Below, piece by piece: positions 1-12,913 of a stretch of DNA of 64,000 nucleotides. Made by a program: the position numbers and the translations under genes. Source of the stretch: Alphaproteobacteria bacterium (GTDB lineage: Bacteria; Pseudomonadota; Alphaproteobacteria; UBA828); the NCBI GenBank assembly GCA_965214705.1, contig OZ243972.1, positions 3,264,001 through 3,328,000 on the forward strand, given 5' to 3'. The stretch's first letter is position 1, and every line of letters begins with the position of its first letter. Below the pieces are notes generated by a model. The model had not been told where the DNA came from, made no database searches, and worked only from the letters and a program-made list of their open reading frames with translations.

Positions 1-182
1 CAGGCTCGCGCCATGAGGTGTGAAGGTGGACGGAATACGGCGGGCAGGAGGAACGGGCGCTCCGCAATCGAGAGGCTGCCCCTCGCAGTCTGCAACGCGA
101 TCGTCGTCCCAGCGGAATCCCGCCGATCCCGCTTAATCCCGGCGTGGCCCACAACAAAATTAAGGTTGTTTGTCCCACGTGA
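1..182 (+). repeat. Diverged copy C of a dispersed ~300-bp element, truncated by the window edge and inverted relative to copies A and B
   Basis: The reverse complement of 113-180 (gtgggacaaacaaccttaattttgttgtgggccacgccgggattaagcgggatcggcgggat) matches 42698-42760 (gtgggacaaaaccaactttaattttgcgggacgcaccgggattaggcgggataggtgggag). Start context caggctcgcgccATG (1-15) matches caggatcgcgagATG (copy A) and gaggattgcgccATG (copy B) read on the minus strand. Confidence 0.7.
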
Positions 183-196
183 GACGCGGGAGGGGT

Positions 197-226
197 GGTT
201 GCGCCCTGCCCGCGCAACCCTATAGT
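197..226 (+). promoter_or_regulatory. Putative sigma70 promoter of mnmA (TTGCGC-N16-TATAGT) overlapped by an 8-bp inverted repeat
   Basis: TTGCGC at 199-204 and TATAGT at 221-226; GGTTGCGC-N7-GCGCAACC at 197-219; ATG lies 7 nt after the -10 box. Confidence 0.5.
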
Positions 227-233
227 GCGCGCC

Positions 234-1415
234 ATGCTCACAAAGACCCTCGATCTCGGCCTCGCCAAGCCGCGCCGCGAGACGCGCGTGGTCGTCGCCA
301 TGTCCGGCGGCGTCGATTCGTCCGTCACCGCAGCCCTGCTGGCGGAGGCGGGCTACGAGGTGGTCGGCATCACGCTCCAGCTCTATGCGGCGGGCGGTCC
401 GCGGGCGCGCCCTGGCGCCTGTTGCGCCGGGGAGGACATCTACGACGCCCGCCGCGTCGCGGACCGGCTCGGAATCCGCCATTACGTGCTCGACTACGAG
501 GCGCGCTTCAAGGAGGCGGTGATCGACGATTTCGCTGACTCCTACCTGCGCGGCGAGACGCCGATCCCCTGCGTGCGCTGCAACGAGCGGGTGAAGTTTC
601 GCGATCTGCTGGCGCTCGCCCGCGACCTCGGCGCGGACGCGCTCGCCACCGGCCACTATGTGCGGCGCGTGGCGGGGCCGAAGGGACCCGAGCTGCACCG
701 GGCGGTCGATGGCGCCAGGGACCAGAGCTACTTTCTCTTCGCCACCACGCGGGAGCAGCTTGAGTTCCTGCGCTTCCCCTTGGGCGACATGCCGAAGGAG
801 CAGGTGCGGGCGCAAGCCCAGCTGCTCGGCCTCGCCGTCGCGGACAAGCCGGACAGTCAGGATATCTGCTTCGTGCCCTCCGGCCGCTATGCCGGCGTGA
901 TCGAGCGGCTGCGCCCCGGCGCTGCCGAGCCGGGCACTATCGTGGACGAGGCGGGCCGGGTGCTCGGCCGCCACGAGGGCATCATCCACTACACCGTGGG
1001 CCAGCGCCGCGGCCTCGGCATCGCGGCGCCCGAGCCGCTCTACGTGCTCGCGGTCGATGCCGAACGCCGCGCGGTCGTGGTGGGCCCGCAGAGGGCGCTG
1101 CTGCGCGACCGCGTGTTCACCGGCCCGCTCGCCTGGATCGGCGGCGACGCGCCCGTGCCCGGCGAGGCGCGGGCGGTGGTGGCGCGGCTCCGCTCCAGCC
1201 ATCCCGGCGCGCCGGCGTGGCTGGTGCGCGGCGCCGACGGCACCGCCGAGGTTAGGCTGGAGAAGCCGGAGCCCGCGACCGCGCCGGGGCAGGCGTGCGT
1301 CCTCTATGACGGCGACCGCGTGCTCGGCGGCGGCTGGATCACCGGCACCGGGCGGAGCGCGGCGCTTGCCGAACGCGGCGGGCACACCGAGCCAGCCGCG
1401 TTGGCCGCCGCCTGA
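234..1415 (+). CDS. mnmA: tRNA-specific 2-thiouridylase MnmA
   Basis: [49 protein letters not shown] and PGQACVLY motifs. Confidence 0.97.
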   Translation: MLTKTLDLGLAKPRRETRVVVAMSGGVDSSVTAALLAEAGYEVVGITLQLYAAGGPRARPGACCAGEDIYDARRVADRLGIRHYVLDYEARFKEAVIDDFADSYLRGETPIPCVRCNERVKFRDLLALARDLGADALATGHYVRRVAGPKGPELHRAVDGARDQSYFLFATTREQLEFLRFPLGDMPKEQVRAQAQLLGLAVADKPDSQDICFVPSGRYAGVIERLRPGAAEPGTIVDEAGRVLGRHEGIIHYTVGQRRGLGIAAPEPLYVLAVDAERRAVVVGPQRALLRDRVFTGPLAWIGGDAPVPGEARAVVARLRSSHPGAPAWLVRGADGTAEVRLEKPEPATAPGQACVLYDGDRVLGGGWITGTGRSAALAERGGHTEPAALAAA

Positions 1416-1487
1416 CGCCGCGCTCGTGAATCCCAACCGATTGGCTTTCGTCCTGCGCGATCCTGCTTCGGAAAGCGGCGAGGGGCC

Positions 1488-2708
1488 GTGACCGAGCCCC
1501 GGCTGATTACCGAGAGCGCTCCGCTGGTCGAGCTCTGCGCGGCGTGGCGGGAGGCCGATTTCGTCACGGTCGATACCGAGTTCATGCGCGAGAGCACCTA
1601 TCGCGCCAAGTTGTGCCTGCTGCAGATCGGCCCGGCCGAGGGGGAGCCGGTCGCCGTCGATCCGCTCGCGGAGGGAATCGACCTCGCGCCGCTCTACGAT
1701 CTCTTGGTGCGCGCGCCGGTGCTCAAGGTCTTCCACGCCGCGCGGCAGGATGTCGAGGTGCTGCTGCCGCTCGCCGGCGGGGTGCCGCACCCGCTCTTCG
1801 ACACCCAGATCGCCGCCATGGTGTGCGGCTTCGGCGATTCGGTCGGCTACGAGACGCTGGTCGCCAAGCTCACGCGCGGGCGCATCGACAAGACCCAGCG
1901 CTTTACCGACTGGGCGCGGCGGCCGCTGACGGAGCGGCAGTTGCGCTACGCGCTCTCCGACGTAAGTCACCTGCGCGTGGTCTACCAGAAGCTCGCGGCG
2001 AAGCTGGAGCGTACCGGCCGGCGCTCGTGGCTCGACGAGGAGCTGGCGACGCTCACGGACCCCGCCACCTACGAGTCGCCGCCCGAGGAGGCGTGGCGGC
2101 GGATCAAGGTGCGCGGCGGCAACCGGCGCTTCTTCGCGATCCTGCGCGAGGTCGCGGCCTGGCGCGAGGCCGAGGCCGCCCGGCGCGACAAGCCCCGCCC
2201 GTGGGTGATGCGCGATACCGCGCTGAGCGAGATCGCGGCGCAGCGCCCGCGCACGGCGAAGGAGCTCGCCAAGCTGCGCTCGGTGAGCCAGCGCACCGCC
2301 GAGAGCGCCACGGGCGCGGCGCTGCTGGCGGCGGTGGAGCGCGGCCTTGCGCTCCCCGACGAGGACTGTCCCACGCTGCCGGCCCGGCCCGAAAAGTCTG
2401 CGGCGCCGGCGGCCTTGACCGACCTCCTCAAGGTGCTGCTCACCTTCAAGAGCGAGGAGTCCGGCGTCGCCCGAAAGCTGATCGCCAGCGCCGCCGATCT
2501 GGAGCGGATCGCCCAGGGGCAGACGAATGGCGTGCCGGCGCTGCAGGGCTGGCGGCGGGAGCTCTTCGGCGACGCCGCCCTCGATCTGGTGAACGGCCGG
2601 CTTGCGCTCACCGTGGAGCACGGCGTGCTTCGCCTGCTCGCCTGCGAGGATGCCGGTGATCGCGCGCCGGCGTCGGTTCAGCCGCTGGCAGCGGCGGAGC
2701 GGCGGTGA
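1488..2708 (+). CDS. rnd: Ribonuclease D
   Basis: DTEFMRE, KVFHAARQD, FDTQIAA and DWARRPL..Q..YA..DV DEDD exonuclease motifs, HRDC domain, C-terminal GWR.ELFG. Confidence 0.95.
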   Translation: MTEPRLITESAPLVELCAAWREADFVTVDTEFMRESTYRAKLCLLQIGPAEGEPVAVDPLAEGIDLAPLYDLLVRAPVLKVFHAARQDVEVLLPLAGGVPHPLFDTQIAAMVCGFGDSVGYETLVAKLTRGRIDKTQRFTDWARRPLTERQLRYALSDVSHLRVVYQKLAAKLERTGRRSWLDEELATLTDPATYESPPEEAWRRIKVRGGNRRFFAILREVAAWREAEAARRDKPRPWVMRDTALSEIAAQRPRTAKELAKLRSVSQRTAESATGAALLAAVERGLALPDEDCPTLPARPEKSAAPAALTDLLKVLLTFKSEESGVARKLIASAADLERIAQGQTNGVPALQGWRRELFGDAALDLVNGRLALTVEHGVLRLLACEDAGDRAPASVQPLAAAERR

Positions 2709-3529
2709 ACGCGCGAGCCGCCTGGTTCGATCCGTCGCGGCTCAGCGCCGACGACCCGCGGCCCTACTCCCGCATCGGGCCGGTCAGTGTTCATCCGCAC
2801 TTCGTCCTGGTCTGCGACCACGCCAGCAACGCGGTCCCGGCCCACATGGAGCGCCTGGGCCTCGACCAGGCGGAGCTCGACCGCCACATCGGCTGGGACA
2901 TCGGTGCGGCGATGGTCACCAGATCGCTCAGCGCCTGGCTCGACGCGCCGGCGTACTTCTCCGGCTATTCGCGCCTGGTGATCGATTGCAACCGCCCGGT
3001 GGGGAGCCCCACGGCGATGCCGGCGGTGAGCGACGGCACGGTCGTGCCGGCCAATCAGTCGATCTCGCCGGAGGAGGCCGCAGCGCGGACCGACGCGTTC
3101 TTCCGCCCCTATCACGACGCCATTGCCGCATGCCTCGACCGAGCGATCGGCTTTGACGCGGTGCCGATCCTGGTGGCGGTCCACAGTTTCACGCCGGTCT
3201 TTGACGGCTTCGCCCGGCCCTGGGAGGTGGGGCTGCTCTACGAGCACGACGACCGGCTGGTGCAGCCGCTGAAGGAGGCGCTCGCCGCGCTCCGCCCGGG
3301 GCTCACCATCGGCGATAACGAGCCCTACGCCATCGTCGGCCCGTCCGACTACTCGATTCCGGTGCACGGACAGGGGCGCGGCCTGCCCCATATCGAGATC
3401 GAGCTGCGTCAGGACCTGATCGGCACGCCGGAGGGCGCCCAGTCCTGGGCCGAGACCCTTGCTGTCGCGTTCAAGCAGGTGCGAACAGCGTTGACGCCAC
3501 TCGCGATCGAGAACCGGGTGCCGCCGTAA
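2705..3529 (+). CDS. N-formylglutamate amidohydrolase family protein
   Basis: CDHASN, HIGWDIGA, SRLVIDCNR, HSFTP, GDNEPY and IEIELRQDLI motifs; 4-bp overlap with rnd. Confidence 0.9.
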   Translation: MNARAAWFDPSRLSADDPRPYSRIGPVSVHPHFVLVCDHASNAVPAHMERLGLDQAELDRHIGWDIGAAMVTRSLSAWLDAPAYFSGYSRLVIDCNRPVGSPTAMPAVSDGTVVPANQSISPEEAAARTDAFFRPYHDAIAACLDRAIGFDAVPILVAVHSFTPVFDGFARPWEVGLLYEHDDRLVQPLKEALAALRPGLTIGDNEPYAIVGPSDYSIPVHGQGRGLPHIEIELRQDLIGTPEGAQSWAETLAVAFKQVRTALTPLAIENRVPP

Positions 3530-3534
3530 GTATC

Positions 3535-3639
3535 CCCCTCCTCACCCCGGCCTCTCCTCCCCGGCGGGGAGGAGAGGGAGAACGGGCGGTGCAGCCACGT
3601 CCCCCCTCCGCCTTTGGGGGAGGACAGGGGGAGGTGGGT
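3535..3639. repeat. REP-like palindrome doublet (cctcaccc/ctctcc...ggagaggg type) between convergent genes
   Basis: Two hairpins, ctctcctccccggcggggaggagag and gtcccccctccgcctttggggggaggac, with ctcacc...ggtg flanks. Confidence 0.65.
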
Positions 3640-3698
3640 GATGTCCGAGCTGCGGTGATCCCGTCCGGTCGGAACGTGCTCTGGTGAGCCGTGCAGCC

Positions 3699-4358
3699 CT
3701 ACTCGGGCTGCGGCACGATCCTGAGATAGGGTTTCAGGGCCTTCCAGCCGTCGGGGTAGGCCTTCCTGGCCTCCTCGTCGGAGACCGCCGGCACGATGAT
3801 CACGTCCTCGCCCTGCTTCCAGTTCACCGGCGTCGCCACCTTGTGCTTCGCCGTGAGCTGGCAGGAATCGAGCACCCGCAGCACCTCGTCGAAGTTGCGG
3901 CCGGTGCTCATGGGGTAGGTGAGGGAGAGCTTGATCTTCTTGTCAGGCCCGACGAGGAAGACGGTGCGGACGGTGAGGTTGTCGACCGCCGTGCGCCCCT
4001 CCGAGGTCGTGCCGGCGCCCGCCGGAAGCATCTCGTAGAGGGTCGCGATCTTGAGCTCCGGGTCCCCGATCAGCGGGTAGTTGACCGCGTGGCCCTGCGT
4101 CTCCTCGATGTCCTTCGACCAGGCGTGGTGATCGCTCACGCCGTCCACGCTGAGCCCGAGGACCTTGCAGTTGCGCTGCTCGAACTCCGACTTGAGGCCG
4201 GCCATGTAGCCGAGCTCGGTGGTGCAGACCGGCGTGAAGTCCTTGGGGTGGGAGAAAAGAATCGCCCAGCCGTCGCCGATCCAGTCGTGAAAGTCGATCG
4301 AACCTTCGGTGGTGTCTGCCGTGAAGTTGGGTGCTTCGTCGCCGATCCGCAGTGCCAT
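3699..4358 (-). CDS. 1-Cys peroxiredoxin (Prx6 family)
   Basis: FSHPKDFTPVCTTELG, YPMSTGRNFDEVLR and ATPVNW motifs. Confidence 0.95.
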   Translation of the reverse strand: MALRIGDEAPNFTADTTEGSIDFHDWIGDGWAILFSHPKDFTPVCTTELGYMAGLKSEFEQRNCKVLGLSVDGVSDHHAWSKDIEETQGHAVNYPLIGDPELKIATLYEMLPAGAGTTSEGRTAVDNLTVRTVFLVGPDKKIKLSLTYPMSTGRNFDEVLRVLDSCQLTAKHKVATPVNWKQGEDVIIVPAVSDEEARKAYPDGWKALKPYLRIVPQPE

Positions 4359-4535
4359 TGCCTGGTGTCTCCTCTTGAGCGACCGCGGGCCGGCGGTTGC
4401 GCAGGCCGCAGTCTTGTCAAACTGGGGTCGAGCGGCCCCTCGCGTGCCGTGGCGGCCGCCGATAGACGACAATGTGGTGAGCGCAGCCCGCCGCGCAAGC
4501 GCCTTTTGCAGGCGCCTGCGCGGGAGCAGATCGAA

Positions 4536-5021
4536 TTAGAGCTGCGTGAGCATGTGCTCCGCGCTGCTCACGTCCATCTCCGCCGGGTTCTCCTCCACGT
4601 TGAGGGCCGTGATCGTGCCGTCGTCGACGATCATGGAGAACCGGGTCGTCCGCTCGCCGAGCCCGAAGCCGGTGCCGTCGAGGGTCAACCCCGTCGCGCG
4701 TGCGAACTCGCCGTTGCCGTCCGCCAGCATGTCGATGGCCTCGCCGGAGCCCGTGTCCTCGCCCCAGGCCTTCATCACGAACGCGTCGTTGACCGACACG
4801 CAGGCGATCTGGTCCACGCCCTTGGCCTTGAGCGCATCGGCCTGCGCCAGGAAGCTCGGCACGTGCTTGGCCGAGCAGGTCGGCGTGAATGCGCCGGGGA
4901 CGGCGAAGAGCGCCGTCTTCTTGCCACCGAAATAGTCGTCGCTCGCTATGTCGCTGAGCCCGTCCGCCGTCAGCATCTTGAAGTTGACCGACGGCACCTT
5001 GTCGCCCGCGCTAACTGCCAT
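4536..5021 (-). CDS. Peroxiredoxin (Prx5/redoxin family)
   Basis: PGAFTPTCSAKHVP, CVSVNDAFVM and LADGNGEF motifs; GGAGAGG SD upstream. Confidence 0.95.
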   Translation of the reverse strand: MAVSAGDKVPSVNFKMLTADGLSDIASDDYFGGKKTALFAVPGAFTPTCSAKHVPSFLAQADALKAKGVDQIACVSVNDAFVMKAWGEDTGSGEAIDMLADGNGEFARATGLTLDGTGFGLGERTTRFSMIVDDGTITALNVEENPAEMDVSSAEHMLTQL

Positions 5022-5242
5022 TGTCTCCCTCTCCTCTGGCACGTTGGATTGCCGGGTCCACCCCGGTTGGCGCGCACTATGCGAAGAGCGCCGCGGGAAT
5101 GCAAACCCCGCCGGTGCTGAAAGCGGCTACCGTATCGGCGTGTTCCGCCCGCTCCGTTTTCCGCCATGCGCGGCCGTGCTAGGGAATGCGACGGCGGCGC
5201 GTGGTAGTGCGACAGGGAGGGCCCGGCGCGGGCGAGGGTGCA

Positions 5243-7690
5243 ATGACCGAGGCGTTACCGACTCAGGCCCAGGTAGTGATCGTCGGCGGCGGCATCATCG
5301 GCTGCAGCATGGCCTACCACCTGACCAAGCTCGGTCTGCGCGACGTGGTCCTCCTGGAGCGGGGCCATCTCACCGGCGGCACCTCGTGGCACGCCGCGGG
5401 CCTGGTCAACCAGCTGCGCGCGACCTCGACCCTGACCGAGCTCGCGCGCTACGCAGTCGGCCTCTACGAGACGTTGGAGGCCGAGACCGGCCAGGCGACC
5501 GGCTTCCGCCGCAAGGGCAGCCTGCCCATCGCGCGCACTGAAGAACGGCTCACCGAGATCAGGCGCACGGCCGCGCTCGGCGACTGCTTCGGCGTCGAGG
5601 CCTACGAGGTCGGGCTGAACGAGGTGGCGGCGCTCTATCCGTTGATGGACGTCTCGCGGATCAAGGGCGCGATCTACATTCCCGGCGACGGCCAGACCAA
5701 TCCCGTCGATACCGCGATGGCGCTCGCCAAGGGCGCCCGATCTCGGGGGGCGCGCATCTTCGAGGAGACGGCCGTCACCGGCTTCGAGCGCAGGAACGGC
5801 GCGGTCTCCGCCGTCTGCACCGCGCAAGGCACCATCGCCTGCGAGACCGCCGTTAACTGCGGCGGTGTCTGGGCACGCGAGATCGGGCTGATGGCGGGCG
5901 TGAACGTGCCGCTCTACGCCGCCGAGCACATGTACGTGGTGACCGAGCCGATCGAGGGGCTTTCTCCCGATGCGCCGATCGTCCGCGACACCGACGGCTA
6001 CATCTACGTGAAGGAGGACGCGGGCCGCCTGCTCGTCGGCTCCTTCGAGCCGGTGGCCAAGCCACTGCCGCTGGACAAGCTGCCCGCCGGGGCCGAGTTC
6101 GTCGAGCTACCCGAGGACTGGGACCACTTCGAGCTGCCGATGACCAATGCCATCGAGCTCCTGCCAGTGCTGGAGCGGGCGCCGATCCGCCGCTTCATGA
6201 ACGGGCCAGAGAGCTTCACGCCGGACAACAAGTTCGTGCTCGGCGAGGCGCCGGAGCTTGCGCGCTTCTTCGTCGCCGCCGGCTTCAACTCGCAAGGCAT
6301 CCTTACCGCCGCCGGTGCCGGCAAGGTGATGTCGGAGTGGATCGTGGAGGGGGCGCCCACGGTGGACCTGGCGGAGCTCGACATCTCCCGCTTCGCCCGC
6401 TTCCAGAACAACCGCCGCTATCTGGTTGACCGCACGAAGGAGAGCCTGGGCCTGCTGTTCCAGATGCACTGGCCGCATCGCCAGGTGGAGACCGCGCGGC
6501 CCGTGCGGCTTAGCCCGCTGCACGCGCGCCTCGCCGCCCATAACGCCTGCTTCGGCGAGGCGGCAGGCTGGGAGCGCGCCAACTGGTTCGCGCCGGATGG
6601 CGTGGAACCAACCTACGACTACGCCTATGGCAAGCAGAACTGGTTCGATCACGTGCGGGAGGAGCACCGAGCTGTGCGCGCGGCGGTCGGCATCCTCGAC
6701 ATGAGCTCGTTCGCGAAATACCTGGTGCAGGGGCCGGATGCGGAGCGTGAGCTTCAGCGCCTCTGTGCCAACAATGTCGCGGTGCCGGCGGGCAAGATCA
6801 TCTACACGCAACTTCTCAACAGGCGGGGTGGGATCGAGGCGGACCTCACCGTGACCCGGCTCGACGACGACCGCTATCTGGTGGTGACCTCGGCGGCCTC
6901 CCAGACCCGCGACCTCACCTGGATCGAGCGGAACCTGAGTGACGGTGCGCGGGTCTACGTGACCGATGTGACCTCCGGCTCAGGCGTGCTCGCCGTGATG
7001 GGGCCCAACGCGAGGACGCTGCTCGGGCGGGTCAGCGACGCCGACCTCTCCAACGAGGCCTTCCCCTTCGGCACCTGCCGCGAGATCGATATCGGTTACG
7101 CGCATGCGCGGGCGATGCGGGTTTCCTACGTGGGCGAGCTCGGCTGGGAGCTGCATATTGCGACCGAATACATGGTGCCGATCTTTGACCGGCTGCTCGA
7201 AGCGGGCGCCGACCTCGGCGTCGGGCTGTGCGGCATCCACGCGATGGATTCGCTCAGGAGCGAGAAGGGCTACCGCCACTGGGGCCACGACATCACCCAG
7301 GCCGAGACGCCGCTGGAGGCCGGCCTGGGCTTTGCCGTCTCGTTCAAGAAGGATGCCGACTTCATCGGCCGCGCGGCGCTGGAGCGCCAGCGAGAAGAGG
7401 GGCTCACCGCACGCCTCGCGCACGTGATGCTGGAGAAGCCCGAGCCCTTCATGTTCCACGACGAGACCATCTACCTGGATGACAGGGTCGCCGGCCGTAT
7501 CACGTCTGCGGCCTACGGCTACGGCTTCGACCGGCCGGTCGGCATGGGCTATCTGCTTAGCGACGAGCCGCGCCGGTGGCAAGCGCTCGACGAGGGCGCT
7601 TACGAGGTCGATATCGCCGGCGAGCGCGTGCCGGCGACGATGTCGCTCACGCCTTTCTACGATCCGGCCGGCGAGCGGTTGCGGAGCTGA
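5243..7690 (+). CDS. FAD-dependent oxidoreductase/GcvT-family fusion (dimethylglycine/sarcosine dehydrogenase-like)
   Basis: GGGIIGCS, GTSWHAAG, NGPESFTPD, GWERANWF, SYVGELGWELH, SLRSEKGYRHWG and FYDPAGER motifs. Confidence 0.9.
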   Translation: MTEALPTQAQVVIVGGGIIGCSMAYHLTKLGLRDVVLLERGHLTGGTSWHAAGLVNQLRATSTLTELARYAVGLYETLEAETGQATGFRRKGSLPIARTEERLTEIRRTAALGDCFGVEAYEVGLNEVAALYPLMDVSRIKGAIYIPGDGQTNPVDTAMALAKGARSRGARIFEETAVTGFERRNGAVSAVCTAQGTIACETAVNCGGVWAREIGLMAGVNVPLYAAEHMYVVTEPIEGLSPDAPIVRDTDGYIYVKEDAGRLLVGSFEPVAKPLPLDKLPAGAEFVELPEDWDHFELPMTNAIELLPVLERAPIRRFMNGPESFTPDNKFVLGEAPELARFFVAAGFNSQGILTAAGAGKVMSEWIVEGAPTVDLAELDISRFARFQNNRRYLVDRTKESLGLLFQMHWPHRQVETARPVRLSPLHARLAAHNACFGEAAGWERANWFAPDGVEPTYDYAYGKQNWFDHVREEHRAVRAAVGILDMSSFAKYLVQGPDAERELQRLCANNVAVPAGKIIYTQLLNRRGGIEADLTVTRLDDDRYLVVTSAASQTRDLTWIERNLSDGARVYVTDVTSGSGVLAVMGPNARTLLGRVSDADLSNEAFPFGTCREIDIGYAHARAMRVSYVGELGWELHIATEYMVPIFDRLLEAGADLGVGLCGIHAMDSLRSEKGYRHWGHDITQAETPLEAGLGFAVSFKKDADFIGRAALERQREEGLTARLAHVMLEKPEPFMFHDETIYLDDRVAGRITSAAYGYGFDRPVGMGYLLSDEPRRWQALDEGAYEVDIAGERVPATMSLTPFYDPAGERLRS

Positions 7691-7707
7691 GGGCGGCAGG
7701 GCGCGGC

Positions 7708-9360
7708 ATGGGCGACTGGTACCCGAAGGAGCGACTGGGCGACCTGCCGGCGGAGGCGGCCCGGCGCTGGGGCGCGCGCGAGGCGCTGGTCTGCGACGGC
7801 AAATGCTGGACCTATCGTGACTACGACCGGGAGGTGGATCGTGTCGCCAAGGGGCTGATGGCGCTCGGCGTGGAGACGGGTGAGCACGTCGCGCTCTGGA
7901 TGAACAACCGGCCGGAATGGCTCTTCCTCACCTTCGCGATCGCCAAGATCGGCGCCGTGCTGGTGCCGCTCAACACCCGTTACCGCACCGACGACGTGGC
8001 CTACACGGTGCGGCAATCCGATAGCGGCACCTGGATCAGCGTCGACCGCTCCGGCCCGGTCGACTATGCGGCCATGCTGGCGGAGGTGTTGCCGGGGCTC
8101 GCGGAGCAGGACCCGCGCGCGGCCGCCATCGAGGGCTTTCCCCGGCTCCGCCGCCTTGTCGTCGTGGGCGAGAGCGACGTGCCCGGCACGGTGGGCTGGG
8201 AAGCGATGCTTGCCGATGGCGACGAGGTAAGCGATGCCGCGCTTGCGGCCCGTGCGGCGGCGGTCGATCCCGACGAGCCGGTGATGATCGGCTACACCTC
8301 CGGCACCACCGGGCACCCCAAGGGCGTGCTCCACACCCACCTGATGATCCGCAACATGCGCGAGCGGGCCAACCGCATCGGCCTCACCTTCGAGGACGCG
8401 ATCATCAACCCGCTGCCGCTCTTCCACATGTACGGCTTCAGCGAGGCCGGCTTGATCGCCGTGATCGCGGGCTGCAAGCACGTGCTGCTGGACCGCTTCG
8501 ACGCCGATGAGTGCATGAGGCTGGTCGAAGCCGAGGGCGGCACGATCACCCACGGCTTCGATACCCACTACAAGGAGTATCTCGATTCCCTGGAGCGGAC
8601 GCCGCGGGACATCACCAGCCTGCGCTTCGGCACCTTCCCCTCCGGCATGACCAGCTCGGCCCGTATCGCCCGGCGGGTGCAGACCGAGATGGTGCCCACT
8701 TTCACCGGCTGGGGCATGACCGAGACCTTCACCTTCGCCACCATGTCGTTCGGCAACTCGACGCCGGAGCAACGCTCGGATGCCTCGGGCTTCCCCGCAC
8801 CGGGCTTCGAGATCAAGGTCGTGGACCCGGAGACCGGTCAAGAGATCGCGGTGGGCGAGGAAGGCGAGCTGCTGATTCGCGGCTACATGATCACCCAAGG
8901 CTACTACAAGAAGCCCGAGGAGACTGCCGAGGCCATCGACGGCGACGGCTGGCTGCACACCGGCGACACGGTGGTGCTTCGCGCCGATGGGCACATTCGC
9001 TTCGTCGGCCGCTTCAAGGACCAACTCAGGGTCGGCGGAGAGAACGTGTCGCCGGCGGAGGTCGAGGCGTTCCTCATGGCGCACGAGGCCATCGACCAGG
9101 TGGCGGTGGTGGGCTATCCCGACCCCCGGCTCAACGAGGTCGCCGTGGCCTTCGTCGTCACCGCGCCGGGCGAGACCGTCACCAACGAGGAAATCGCCGC
9201 CTATTGCAAGGGCCGGATCGCGAGCTTCAAGAGCCCGCGCCACGTGCTCTCGGTCGAGGCGTTCCCCATGACCGCGAGCGGCAAGGTGCAGAAGCACAAG
9301 CTCCGCAAGCTCGCGCTCGAAAGGCTGGGCGACCCGACGGCCGATCAGGCAGCCGAATAG
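7708..9360 (+). CDS. AMP-dependent acyl-CoA synthetase
   Basis: YTSGTTGHPKG, GMTET, GWLHTGD, GGENVSPAEVE and TASGKVQK motifs. Confidence 0.92.
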   Translation: MGDWYPKERLGDLPAEAARRWGAREALVCDGKCWTYRDYDREVDRVAKGLMALGVETGEHVALWMNNRPEWLFLTFAIAKIGAVLVPLNTRYRTDDVAYTVRQSDSGTWISVDRSGPVDYAAMLAEVLPGLAEQDPRAAAIEGFPRLRRLVVVGESDVPGTVGWEAMLADGDEVSDAALAARAAAVDPDEPVMIGYTSGTTGHPKGVLHTHLMIRNMRERANRIGLTFEDAIINPLPLFHMYGFSEAGLIAVIAGCKHVLLDRFDADECMRLVEAEGGTITHGFDTHYKEYLDSLERTPRDITSLRFGTFPSGMTSSARIARRVQTEMVPTFTGWGMTETFTFATMSFGNSTPEQRSDASGFPAPGFEIKVVDPETGQEIAVGEEGELLIRGYMITQGYYKKPEETAEAIDGDGWLHTGDTVVLRADGHIRFVGRFKDQLRVGGENVSPAEVEAFLMAHEAIDQVAVVGYPDPRLNEVAVAFVVTAPGETVTNEEIAAYCKGRIASFKSPRHVLSVEAFPMTASGKVQKHKLRKLALERLGDPTADQAAE

Positions 9361-9378
9361 ACGCCGGCAACCGGGCGC

Positions 9379-12075
<2,697 letters not shown>

Positions 12076-12265
12076 CGGGTTGCTCCTTCTTCCGGCACGA
12101 CACGCAGGGCGGCTTCTTGCCGCGTGCGCGCGCCGCCGATAGGCTGGCATCCCCCAACTTCTAGGCTCGACCGGAGAGGGGTGCAAGATTCCCGGCCCGG
12201 CTAGCCCGCATACCTCACCAGAGTCACGCACTGCGCCGCGCGCCGCCTGTTTCGAGGCGCACGAC

Positions 12266-12913
12266 GTGGTTTGCATCCGCGGCGAGCGCCCGGTCTTCTC
12301 CGGAGTCTCGTTTCGCCTCACCCGTGGCGGGGCGCTGACGCTCGTCGGACCCAACGGCGCCGGCAAGTCGAGCCTGCTCCGTATCCTTGCCGGCCTGCTG
12401 AAGCCGGCCGACGGTACGCTCACATGGGAGGGCACGCCGCTCGACGAGGACTGGTCCGCTCATCGCCAGCGGCTCCACTACGTGGGTCACCTCGATGCGG
12501 TGAAACCCACGCTCACGGCGGCGGAGAACTTGCGCGACTGGGCACGGCTCAGGGGCACGGCGCGGGCTGCGCCCGGTGCCCTCGAAGCGCTCGGAATCGA
12601 GGATCTTGCCGACGTGCCGGGGCGCTTCCTATCGGCGGGGCAGCGACGGCGACTCGCGCTTGCACGTCTGGTGGCGTCGCCTGCGCCGCTCTGGCTCCTT
12701 GACGAGCCGACGGTGACGCTCGACGCCGACGCATCGTCCCGCGTCGAGACCATGATCGCCGCGCACCGGGCGGATGGAGGCATGGCAATGGTGGCGACAC
12801 ACGGTGAGATCGCCCTCGACGGTGCCGACCGCCTCGATCTCGGAGATCATGCGGTCCCCGCCGACATGTTGATGGCCGCAGACGACGGGGAGTCGGAGGA
12901 GGAGAAGTGGTAG
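12266..12913 (+). CDS. ccmA: Heme export ABC ATPase CcmA (true start probably upstream)
   Basis: [22 protein letters not shown] and WLLDEP motifs; lies upstream of ccmB and ccmC. Confidence 0.92.
   Translation: MVCIRGERPVFSGVSFRLTRGGALTLVGPNGAGKSSLLRILAGLLKPADGTLTWEGTPLDEDWSAHRQRLHYVGHLDAVKPTLTAAENLRDWARLRGTARAAPGALEALGIEDLADVPGRFLSAGQRRRLALARLVASPAPLWLLDEPTVTLDADASSRVETMIAAHRADGGMAMVATHGEIALDGADRLDLGDHAVPADMLMAADDGESEEEKW

Noticed and set aside
12076-12435. Long N-terminal extensions in the ORF track for acnA (also aroB, xerD, gph, eno and the second permease)
   Set aside because: They overlap neighbouring genes. Downstream starts with an SD or translational coupling fit the family lengths better.
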